Of a stretch of DNA of 54,213 nt, positions 1-12,900 are shown in pieces (the stretch's first letter is position 1; each line of letters starts with the position of its first letter). Position numbers and translations under genes: made by a program. The notes beneath the pieces are model-generated. The model worked only from the letters and a program-made list of their open reading frames with translations, had not been told where the DNA came from and ran no database searches. This stretch comes from Barthelona sp. PAP020 (Eukaryota), in NCBI GenBank assembly GCA_040182905.1, contig JARQWU010000039.1:1-54213 (forward strand), given 5' to 3'.

Positions 1-806
1 ATACTGACGCATATTACCACCATTCCTTTCATTGATGTCAATCAAATCCCAACATAAGTTGATTGACATGTCAAAATCTCTTTGATTCATGTAAACTCCA
101 GCACTGACAAATTCTCGGATGATGACACTATCTACCTTCATTGCAACAAGTGTTGATAAAAGATAGCCCTTATCCTTCACCAATTCAATTAACTCGGATT
201 TGGACAAATGCTCAAATTTCAAATCAACAGGCTGGCCACTCTTCAATTGTTGTTTTAAATTGGGACAGCTCAAAAGCTGTATTTGTTCTTTTTCCATTGT
301 TCATCATTTGTATACAATCTGTTGAAAAATAACAGCATATCTTCACCATATAAGTTTATTTCGGGACAATCTAGAAGCATCTTGACAACATCAAGATGAC
401 CTGTCCAACAACTGATGTACAATGGAGAAAATCCACCGTCCCCACACAAATTAACATCAGCTCCATGATCCAAGAGCATTTTGGCAACATCAAGATAACC
501 ATTTTGACAACTAACATACAATGGAGGACTACCATCATTAGGAAACAAATTAACATCAGCGCCATGATCCAAGAGCATTTTGGCAACATCAAGATGACCA
601 TGATAACAACTGACGTACAATGGAGAAACACCATTATTCTTACACAAATTAACATCAGCGCCATGATCTAAGAGCATTTTGGCAACATCAAGATGGCCTT
701 TTTGACAACAAAAATATAATTGACAAGTGCCATCATTCATACAAAAATTGTCATCAGCCCCATAATCAAACAAGAACTCAATAAATTTGGTTTGCCCTTT
801 TGACAT
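1..806 (-). pseudogene. Ankyrin-repeat protein with shared C-terminal domain; 5'-degraded, frameshifted paralog of 49035..50543; runs off the window start
   Basis: ORF 270..806 has 4 ankyrin units (SPLYVSC..GHLDVAKMLLDHGADVN). It stops at AGC TTT TGA because of a 1-nt deletion relative to the paralog (tacagcttttgagc vs tacagaattttgagc). The shifted frame continues LSCPNLKQQLKSGQPVDLKF...CWDLIDINERNGGNMRQY to position 1. Confidence 0.75.
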
Positions 807-934
807 AGAAATTTAAAATTTTTTTCCTTTAAAAACAATCTAATATGTGTGTGTGATTAGTGCATTTGCCCCGTGAAATATTTGGTGAATTGGACACAAT
901 AAACAAGTAAACATATTTTTATCAATGAATTTGT

Positions 935-3900
935 TCAATCATCTCTGGGTTGACATAACAGAGCAACACCCCTTTGAACCCAATGTTCTTCCAACATCTT
1001 AGTTGGTAAATATATAGACATGATAAAATTGGTACTTTGACCAGTTGTACTCAAGGCACCAGCTCTCATTGGTGTCTTGTACAAAGGACAATTATATCCT
1101 TCAGTAATAATTTCTTTTTCAGTTGGTTTTAACCAAATACAAGGAATTTCAGAGAAGAACTTACGTAAACCAGGTGTAGGCTCTCTTATTTCTTGAATAT
1201 CAGAATCCCATTCTGCACCTTCCAAGAACAAACCATGAATAAAGACACCTGTATTCGGATACTTTGTAGGCAATGTGAGATTTTTATCCAAATTGAGAAC
1301 TTCGGCATTGAATCTTAATGTGTCAATTGGAATGAAATGTTTTCTAGCATGCTGTTGCAAAACAGCGGTTAAAAAACTCTGAGGGAAAAAGAATCCAGGC
1401 AACCAAAAAGAAACTGGAACACCTGTCATTCTCCATGTGTTTATGAACTCAATTCGTTGGATCAGATCTTTATACCACTTACTTAATCCAAATACCGAAG
1501 GATAACCAGCGTTTGTCCAAGTAATTGGCACTCTTCCAACTAGCATTGCATTGAATGTACGTTCCAAGGATTCACTCATGACCACTTCTCCCTTGATAGC
1601 TCGAGCAAGATTGATTAATTCCTCCTCAATAACTTTCAGTAGTTTTTGGTATCTGTGAGTTTCATGAAGCTGAACAACATCTAATGAATCCATTGCACCA
1701 TCAATTCCAAATTTATACATAGATTCATGAGCTTGATCACGAGAAACTAGTTTTGGTAAAGTGTTCAACAAATCAACAGATTTGCTCAATACAATTTGAT
1801 CTGAAGATTGGGAATCAGCCCCAATAGAATGTGGTTGCAAATCAATAATGGTATCCAAAAGTTTTTGACACTCTTGCTGTTGCTTAACAACGCTCGCATT
1901 GGAATGTAAACCAAAAATTTCGGGAGAATCTTCAACACTGATATTTAACACGTATGAACGAAGTTGATTCAAAGATTCAATATCTGGGACTTTGTATATA
2001 CCATTAACTGTTAAAGTATGCCCGGTTTCCATGATACCAGGATTAATTATTCTTTTAAAAATGGTTTCAACACATCTTTGGTCCCAAGGATCTGTAACAC
2101 GACCAGAATAATTGATAATAGACAACATATATTCTAGATAATCCCAAGGTGGTGAAGAAAACTCGTTCAATGATGCAGAAAGCATCCTAGCACTCACAGA
2201 AAAATCTGCTAACATCCATTCATAGGGAATGTTAAATCCAATGGGTCCATATCGTTTTCTTTCTTGCAATACAACATGGAAAAATACCAGACCATATATC
2301 ATTTGATGGAATAACATTGGGGATACACAAGACTTCCACAATTCGTCATTAATTGCTCCAAGAGTATCCAATATATTCAGTCTAACACCTCTAGGTGGTT
2401 CATTAGTAATCTTAGTTCCTGCCTGTAAAACTGGAACAGGGAATGATTTTGATGGCATAGAAGTTAACCATAATCTAAAATCAGGAGATATTTTAACACC
2501 TGGGGCTGATAATTCATCTAATTTCCTTTCTAAATTAGGCATCCAAGAGGTACACAAATGACAATTTTGTAAAAATACCCATTGACCTTTAATAATTGCA
2601 TTATCAATAAGAGCTTCTGCAATTGGTCCTTGACCTTGACCTAAAGATAATGTAAATACTTCTTCCGATGTTTTTCCTTGTTCAGCAGCAAATTGCATAA
2701 GTTTAGCTGATGGATCAGCACCAGGAGACAATACAAAGATAATTGGGGAAATTGGATTGGAAGATGCAAACACTTCAGCAAGGGATGGTGCAGGTGCTGA
2801 AACAAAATCTTTTCCAAGTCGAGAAATAACAACTTCTTCAATGCATTTTGGGACTTTTTCACGTCTGAAAACTGAAAAGAATAAAAGACGTTCAAAAACT
2901 GTTAATTCAAAAGGTAAAGTTATATTTAATGGGTCATTAGACGATAAAAGAGTTCTGAAAAATTGGGTATCCTTACGCACTGTTTCAGCAAGATTCTCAA
3001 ATTTACTGTTCAATTGGCTTAATCCAATGACACCTGCCCAAAGAGAAGGTCCTAAAAATCCATAACCATCAACATCAAATTTATTCATAGCTTCATCTTT
3101 TTCATCAAAAATCTCAGCAGTTGGAGGATGCAAAAGGAAAGTGTAAGATTTTTGTTCAACAATGCCTTCATCTAACAGTAGAGACATTGTTACAAGGAAA
3201 GAGAATAATAACTTATGCTCTTCAAAAAGTCCTTGACTGACTGCCATGAATGTTGTACGTGTACAATCATTAATCAAAACATTAAGTCTATCAGCTACAG
3301 TGAAATTTGCTGGAGTTCGACAATTTTGTACAACATGCAACATCAAATCTTGGAAAAATGCTAAAGACCATTGATACATTGAATCAACAGTACTTAAATC
3401 GGCAATAACAAAATAAATAAGAGAACCACGATGTGCTAAAGCTCTATATTCATTACGAATGTCATTGATCTGTTGTGCAGTAATTTCGGCATCATAAACA
3501 CGTTTTTCAATCGAGGTAGCAGTAACTTTAGAATTTTCTAAAGCTTCAATAAGAATTTCATCTTCCAAAATTGTATCTGTATTAGCAGTAGCCAATAAAT
3601 CAAGAATCTTATCTTCAATGGCCTTTAGTAATTTTTTGTCATTTGCTATATTGACAACAATTGCATCTTTTTGTTGTTCAAGCTCAGGACGTTCAGTACG
3701 AATGATTCCAGCCAATAATTGATCTTCCAAACCTTTTTGGGTAACTGTAAAATCAATAATTGTTGTTTTAACAGCAATTTCTGGTACATACATAGGGTTT
3801 GCTAATTTTGTAGTCATATACAACTTGAATGATGGTGACCAATCCACATCTTGATCTCCTAATCTAACCAAATGTCTTCCACCAACAGAAGTAATCTGTT

Positions 3901-6900
3901 TCAAAAGTACTGGCTCTAAAATAGGGTCTAACGTTTCTCCAATGTTTTCAATCAACAAAGGAGTACCAACACGAATACAATTTTCAAGTGTTCTGGAAAA
4001 ATTGTTATCCCCCAGACGTATGACTTTGAGCCCATTATCTGCTTCAAACAGTTTTATCCATCGATTAGCTTGGCCTTGAGGATCAATGAGTAAAGGCCAT
4101 TTTTCTGTACTTTTTAAAATAACTGCATTGTCTAAACTGAAAGGATCATCAGGTAACGATTGTTGAACCCAATCTCTCCTATCTATTGGTTCAGATAATG
4201 TAAAAGCAAGATTAAACTCTTCATTAATTGGAATGTTAGCTTCCACACAAGAATCAATCCAATATTTAACTAATTTTGAACGATAAATCATTGAAAATGG
4301 TCCTAAATAAGCAGCACTTGCTGCACTTAATAATACATCACCTAAGATAGTGTCTGTTGAAGCTTTCAATTGTTTTAAAGAATCTTCCCAACGAACACGT
4401 TCACCAGCAAGACCATTTGTAAGTTTTTCAGCACGTTCTAATTTTGTTGCAGTTAACTTGATATTATTTTCAATGTTTTCCTTTTTAGTCAAAGCAATTT
4501 GATATTGTTGTCGCAGATCACTCAATTTCTGCTCAACACTAGCCAATTCTATTTGTTTCTCTTTTAATTCCCCTAAAATTTTATTTAAATTAGCTTCTGC
4601 TTCTGCTAACTTTGTTTTTTTAGGTGCTACATCCTCAGCTACATCTGCATATGTGCTTAAAGCAATAACCCATTGACATATACACTTAACAGCAACAGAA
4701 ACACGTTCAATGGAATCAGGTGAAAATTCAACTCGATTAATGTATCTCCTTTTAATGATATTTCTAATCTTGATTGGAATATGGTCTTTATCAAAATTCT
4801 CTAAAGACTTTAAGAATCCACTATTACTCAACAATCTGCGTCCATTTTCCCATCCAGTTGGTTCTTTCATTAATACACATACTGCATCCATGACAAGAAC
4901 AATATCACGATGAGGATTAGTAAATACACGAACTTCATCAATATCTTTCTTTTGTAAGGTATTTAAAGCTTCTGTAGCAGCATTAAAAGCTGGCATGGCT
5001 TCATCTAATATTGCCTTACATTCATCTGCAATTTCTTGAGTTTTTTCTGTTTCTAAACTAACAGTTGCTTCTTCATCTTGAACAATATTACGTTGTTTTT
5101 CGGCAATTTTTTCATCTTGAAGTAATTTGACTAACATGTCTTCAGTTTTCTTTGATTGTTTTGCTAATTCTGGTTGCATTTGAGTCAAAGATTTCTTTAA
5201 ATCAATAACCAATTCATTAACATGAGATAATTGTGATAAACCACTCTCAAAACGTTCAATTTTGTTATTAATTCTGTAACTTTGTCTTTCTAACATCTCA
5301 TTGAATAAATTCAATAAATTTAGGTAAGAAGTGGGTGTGACAAAATTTTTCCTCTTTCTCTCAATATACATTTGCTCGGCCTTTTCAATAACAGAACTAT
5401 GAATATTTGCACAAATAGTCACTAATTTTTCTGTAATTTCTTCCTTTGTCATTGCAGATTTTATGGCTTGAACAACTAAATCATTAGCACCTAACAAATG
5501 ATTAGCAACAGTATTTAGAGCATCTCGAGGCCAATCATGGTACCAATCAAGTGAACAACAATTAACCAAAGCAGGGAATTGACGTATACGATTTCTTAGA
5601 CTTGAACCTACAGGAGATAAAGCCAAAATAACATGTAAATGCTTGCGTAAACGTTTTGTAAATATTAACAATAAATTATCACGTGTAATAGGAATGTTTT
5701 CAGCAAGTAAGATTTCATTTAATGCGTTGGATATTTGTTCCATGTCTTCTGGCAACCATATTCCTGGAATATCACCAGTGTTCAAAATATTATTGACATC
5801 TTCCAAGAAACTTTCATCAGTAATTTGAGAATCAGTGATCAAAAACGCTGTTGCTTTGTTGTTACAACCTGCATATAACATAGCTTTCTTTAAATCTTCT
5901 CTGAATTCCAAAACTCCATAATTACCCGTGGTATTCACAGTGAATAATTGAACACCAACAATATGACAAGAAAATCTGGCAATTGACTGTTTTCCACTAC
6001 CACCAACACCAATCAATAAACAATGTGCACCTGATGTGGACAAACGAGATGCAGTACGACAGATATGTTCAATACAAGATTGGAAGAAAACCAAGTCCAT
6101 TTGATGTTGGGGATAAGTTAAATTGAAATCTTCTAAATAAGCATATAAAATGTGCTTTAATTTCACAAAATTAGCTTCACTGTATTTTAAAGCTTCACCA
6201 AAACCTTCAGAAAAGTCACAAAATACTAAATTTTCAATTTGATCATTACTGATTTCTACACCAACATCTTTATGAAAACTTACATTTAGAAGTAACTCAT
6301 TAAACTTCATGACATCTTCACCATTAATCAATCGATCCGAAAAAGCACGTTTGGATTCATGTAACCATAATCTAGTGATAAATGAATTGTTAGATAATTC
6401 TTTTTGAGGAGCACGAACCAAACCTCTGAAAATAGATCCTAAATCTCTTAAATTAAATGTATAATGAGATTTAGATGGTGTAGGTAATAAAGTCTTCTTC
6501 ACTTCATCATACAATTGGATGGAAGCTTTTACTAAAGGTTCCACAATATCTAAAGCCTCTTCTAAATCAAACCTAGTGAAAAATCCATTTAATAATGAAG
6601 TAAAAATACGTTTCAACGAATTATCGGATAATTCAGGCATGAAGAAAGTGTTGATATTTCCACTCAATCTTTGAGGTAATTTATGTCTTCCACCTCCTGG
6701 AGGTCCACAAGCAGCAACAACCATTGTATCAGCAATACTTTTACTGAAAAATTCTTCACGATCATATATAGATTTTTGATCAATCATTTGTCTTATCAAT
6801 TCTAAAGGTGGTTGAGCTCCATAAACCTCAGGTTTTGGCATATTTAAATCATCAACAAATAATATCATCTTTTTACCTGGTGGTCCGGCCAAAAGAGTTT

Positions 6901-9900
6901 TACGACGTCTTGTCCATTTATTTTCGATGAAAGCTTGCAATTGTTCAGAAGTGGTTCGACCACTTAAACCAGTAAAAACAGGTATTGCCCATTTATTTAC
7001 TTCAACAGAACGCAAATAATCATTTGCAATTAAAGTTTTACCAACACCACTGAAACCAACAAAATTAACGTGTTCACCTTTCTCCAATAACATATTTAAC
7101 AAATATTTGTATCGAACAGTGTCAATAGTTGGTACTAGCTGTTCACTGAATTCAATATCAGGTAAATAACTGAATTCAGGGATATTCTCATCATATGGTT
7201 TGATCAATAAATGATCAAAATCTATAGAATAATCAAAGAAGGTGTATGCCTCGTTCAATTGAATATTATGCAACAAAACAGGTGCATGAATCAACAATTT
7301 AGAGCGAATCTCTTTATTCAACAATAAGAAATCAACTTCATCTGCTTGTCGATCAAGCAAACGTTGAGGAATTCTGGCATCTTCTTCTATTGTTTGAATA
7401 AATGCAGTTTGACAATAATTCCAAGTTATTTCATGAAATTTAATTCTGTTTGATTCATCAACACATCCTCCAAAAGACCAATAAAAAGCAAATAAAAAGG
7501 AATAAAGATACACTTTTTCACGTTGCATCGCATCTAATTGCACAAATTTATCAGAACCAATCATTTCTTTACTTTTGTCATCATCCATCATTTGTAAATT
7601 TTCAAGACTACGTTTTGACCTTGAAAGATTAGACTCTTCTGCCACAAGGAAAAAAGGAGTCAACAAACCCTCATACAAATTAATACATGTTTGTACCATA
7701 AAAATCAACGGCATTTCTAACATATTTTGCACTTTAGGTTTAATTTCTCTCAAATAGAAATCAACAAAATAATCTAAATAACATGAAAACATATGTCCAC
7801 TGTTCTGTAATCTTTGCTCAATGCCATTTCTCCAAGTCTTTACAATGCTGCGCCATCCAAGATATTCCGCTTCCAAATAAACCATACCACATCTTGACAC
7901 AGTAGCAGGAGATGCTTCAGCTAAATCTTCAACTTCAAACAACATATTAATCGTATCCGGCAATTTAATACGTTGGCCATTGGCTAAAGTCAACATTTTG
8001 TTATCATCTAACACTGTATTCATATTTTCAATCCATAAAGCATCAACAGGGCCGTCAAAAAGTATCCATTTTTTGGAATCACTTTCTCTTGCATCTTCGA
8101 CAACTTTATTTGCAACAATACCAATTAAACCATCAGTCCATTCCAAAGAAATAGGATTTGTGTACCCATAGAGTTCGGTCATTGTTAAGGCTTTTGGATT
8201 AATCTTGGTAACATCTACATTCTTATAAAAATGTGATGAAGGCCCTTCAGTGATGCCTCGTTCATGTAATGAAGTTAAAGCGCTTTGTAAAGTATGAATC
8301 AAAGTTGTTTTTCCAGTTCTAGCTGCACCAACGACCATCAAACCATGTCTAACAATATGTGTTTCAAACAGTTGTTGAATTTTATCCACAAAACTAGCAA
8401 TGGGCATATAACCCAAAGCATCTAATTCATCAATGATTGCTTCTCTTAAAACTCCATAATCAACACTAGGCACGTCAATACCAGGGAATAAATCAGATAT
8501 GATACCCATGAACAAAGGAACATCTTCACGTAAAAATTTGGGAATATTACTGTCACGTAATGCCCGAATTAAGACTACATCCTCTGGTAAATGAGATTCA
8601 GCACGTTTCAAAGCTCCAGCCATTACCAATACAGATTTAACAGCTCTCATACCAAAATCATAATGGTCTTGTTGACTTAACTGTTCGGATGAAAGTTTGT
8701 AAAGTTGAACCATTTTACGACTGAGCGTATTAGCATCACTAAAACCTTCAGAATACAAAGTAATTTCAGCAATTAAAGAATAATCAGGGACAAGCATTGA
8801 TATAGGTCTAAATAATGCTTTCAAGTTATCTGGTAATTCAGTACGCCCAGCATAACCAGGGTTCATAGTAATGAAACATCCAAACGCACGATTGATTCTC
8901 AAAGCACGCCCTTCAAAATGGAAATGATCCGATGTTCCACGTACAGCAGATTGTATTGTCATTATTTGCTGAGCAATGACTGATAATACTTCGATTTCGA
9001 TTCTGTTAAATTCGTCGAAACATGCCCAAGCACCAACTTGAGCTAATCCACTAAACATTCTTCCCATTGTTTTTGCTTCCAATTCGCTACTACAATTCAT
9101 AACAACACAAAGATTTCCTAAAGCCTTGGCTAAATCTTTGGTTGTTTCTGTTTTACCTGTACCTGCAGGCCCTTGAGGATTTCCTCCCAATGAAAAATGT
9201 AATGCAGATGTTAATGTAATATAACAACGATCAGTAAGAGGTGTAATAACCAAACGAGGAGAATTTCCTAAATATTCATAACCATACTTAAATCTAGCAT
9301 TGGTTTGAGCCACAAAACATTGATCATCTTCCCAATAATAACGCAATTGCTTTTGCCATGCAAATGCATTTGTATTCTTTACTTCATCACGAATCATTTC
9401 ATCAGTGACTACATTGGCATGTACACCAATGACTAAAAGGACACTCAATAAAGTTCTTTGTAAAGATGTGAGATTTCCTTTAACAAGGTCAACCATTTGC
9501 AATAAATAAGTGTGTCTATCCTTATTAAATTCTTTCAAAGCATCTTTATCACCAGTTTCTATTTTGTTTAAGGCTTTCGTAACACCAAAAGTCCAAATTA
9601 ATTGTTCAACCGTTAATACAGATTGTGCTGAATGTTTGAACATCCAATCAGCATCTACAACCAAATTATCGGAATCTCGTTCCAACAAACATTTTTCTAA
9701 ACGCTTGTGAACAGTGCGTTTCATCATTGCTTCAACGTCACTCAACCAAAATTCAACAGCACCAGATGCTGCAACAGAACTAACAAATTCAACCATTTCT
9801 CCTTGTGGGGAAAACATAGCATTAATCATCAGCTCATTATCATCAGAATTATAAAATCTTAGACGTTCAATAGCATCAAAACATTTGCTCAAATGAGGCT

Positions 9901-12900
9901 GTATAGCTGTTGGATTAGTTGTTTGTGATAATACTTGTAGCAATTCATCATTTGAAAGGAAATAAAAACGAGGGAAAGAAGCTCTTTTAGTTTCAAGATA
10001 CTCTTCCAATTTCTTTTGTATTTCTTCCAAAGTTGAATTGGCATTTACAAAAGTTTCCAACAGGTTTTCAATTTTTAAAATTTCTAAAACCAAAGGTTCT
10101 CTCTTTACTGATGACATGACCATCATCCAAGAATCATTGACTTCAGCAAAAAGCTCAGATTCAGCAGGTAATTGTCTTTGAATATCACGTTGTGAAAAAA
10201 TTACAGATAAATACATCCAAGCCCTTTGTACAAGAGTCCACGAATCTAAGATGTCTTGCAAATGTGACAATTTTCCCTCCCATTCTAAAACAGGTTCTCT
10301 AATTCCAGCAATAAATCTTGAACTTTGCATAGCCTGTAAACTTACCATATTATCTTCTAATAATGAATAAATGTCTTCAATTTCACTCAAAACCAAACCA
10401 TCATCACCATGTTCTTTAACAGTAAACATTGTTTGTCCCCATTCTTCAGCAATCTTATTCAATTGAAGTTCCAAAACGTATTCACCTACAGCATTTGAAC
10501 AAATCTCAAGGACATAATTACTTTGATTATTGATACCAAACCATAACAATTGTTGTAGAGTTACTTCAGGAGAATATTGATTGCTTAATTGGTCAAATAT
10601 TTGCAGCCAATGTCTGCGTTGAACAGCAGGATTTCCCAATTCCACAAGGTAAATCATACGTCGTCTCCATTCATCCAATTGCTTAAACACCAATAAAACA
10701 ACCTCATCATTGTATAATTTGCTTTTAATTTGTACAACTTTTTTATACATGTTATTTACTTCTTCAGACATCTTTTTAACATCTAATTTAAGGAATATAG
10801 TGTTATTCCAACCTGTGACCTTGAAGTTCAACTCCTTATATAGACTCCAAAATGAATGACGTAAAGTATATTGGGTCTCGCATTCTGTAAGTTGTGAAAA
10901 AGGTGCTACATCTCGATCTAAAAGCTGATTTTGATCATTAACTATTTCAACACGATGTGTTAAAGTATTGATACGTTCTCTAACAAGCATTAATTTTTCC
11001 AACACATTTTCTGGATCTGCAGACTGATCAGTAAAAACTCCGGTGTGTAAATCAGCCAAAACATTCCTCAAATCATCTTTCACATCAGTAATAACATTTT
11101 CCAAAGCATTTTGCATGGAAGGTAATTGCTGATCACGATATTGTATGGCATCATTAAGGGTCTTTTGAAATGATTGATAAGTAGTTTTGACTGAACGGTA
11201 TCTGGGAACTTCAGTAACACTTAAACGAACACCATGTTCATTCATTAATGAATAAAGATCATCTAAATTTTTCAAACGTTCTTGAATATAATCTTGTTGA
11301 GCAACAATCGCATTCAAATGCCTTTGTTGTTCACAAAAATCTTCCAACTGTCTGGATTGCATTTGCAATTGTCTAATATGACTTCTTAGCATATTTTGTA
11401 CATCATCACACCATTTCGATCCACATTCACGTATAACTTTCTTTAGAGATTCAAGACTACGCTCGGGTATTGGATTTAAATGATCCCTTAATGATTTACT
11501 GTTCACAAACAAAACTCCAATAACCAAGTTTCTTTTGACTTTTGAGGCATTCATTGCCGTTTCCCATTCTTTAAACAAATTTAGATACTCATTGAATTCT
11601 TGTACAGTCCAATCATCTTTTTGTTCCAATTCTGATAATTTATTGGATTCACCAAATTCATATATCATTCTCCAGGGTTCAAAAATTTCGGCAAATTTTT
11701 GTGCAGCTTCAAAGTTCAGTTGTATCATCTTCAAAATGTTTTCACGACTGTTGTTGTATCCATCGTCATTGCTCAACAGGTCCAACACGTTTTGTCCTTC
11801 AGGAGGTGAACCGCTAAAGAAGAAACTACGTAACTTGGTATTGTGTAAAGATCTCGGAACATTCATTATAGTACGTTCAATTTCATCAAACAAATCATTA
11901 AAAACTTTTTCAAGATCAGAACATGATGGATTAAAGATCATCCCCTTATCTTCTTCCCCAAAAGAAATTTCAACCTGGAATAATCCAGAATTGTTTGAAT
12001 CTTTAGCTTGTAATTTATCCAAAGCAAGATTGGTTCTTTCAAAATTACTGACAACCATTCCTAACAATCTTGCGACAAACATGTGATCAATAAGCACAAT
12101 AAAATCACCCAACTTCGATTGTTCATGTCGAGCTTCCTTAATAGCTTTAATTCGTTGCTCTTGAAATTTCTTCAATTCAACCATTGAAAGAGATCGTTCA
12201 GACACAGCCAATTCATTATCATCATCTAAATATTGCACTTTTGCACGTGCAGAAACATCATTAGATAGAGCAACAAGGATATTTGTGATATTGTCCACAA
12301 TAGTCGTAACAGAAGATATCGCATCTTTTCTTAATTCTGTTTGGTCTTCCAGAAAAAATTGTCCATCAGCAAAACGCTTTGCAGTATTGATGGCAAATAA
12401 AGAAACACTTTCCAATTGAACCAAAATACTCTTAATATCCAATAAAGGTCCCACAAAACTTGGTTTTGATAAAAAAGAATTGTGAATGAAGCTGCGTCTA
12501 TTATACTCAAATCTTGACCGATTCACAACTTTTTTCCATCCTCTAAAACATTTTATAAGAAGGAAATTTTGAAAAAGTTTCAAATTTTTTAAAAGTTTAT
12601 AATAATTGGCTTCAACCATCCAATCATACAGAGGAGTAACCTCAGTTCCATCACTAGGACCAGAACCAGGAACATAAACCAATCCAGCCATTGACATGGT
12701 AAAATAACCACACCCACTTTTGATTGCTTCATCTCTAGAAACCACCCTTAAATCATAAGGATTATAATCTAATGCTAAGTGATCATCAATGGCAGGTTTT
12801 AAATACACAAATTTAACAGGATCATCCCTTCCTGCATGAGCAAAATGAAGAACAACATCTTCTGCAGTACGAAGTTCACTGATAATTTCGTTGACACCAT

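Noticed and set aside
268..278. Programmed frameshift at AGC TTT TGA
   Set aside because: It is a single instance in a 5'-degraded copy and the paralog is in frame; a homopolymer error or mutation is simpler.
371..671. Repetitive alternative-frame ORFs (371..664, 396..671, 49005..49379, 49698..49964, 49768..50097)
   Set aside because: Shadow frames of the ankyrin repeats.
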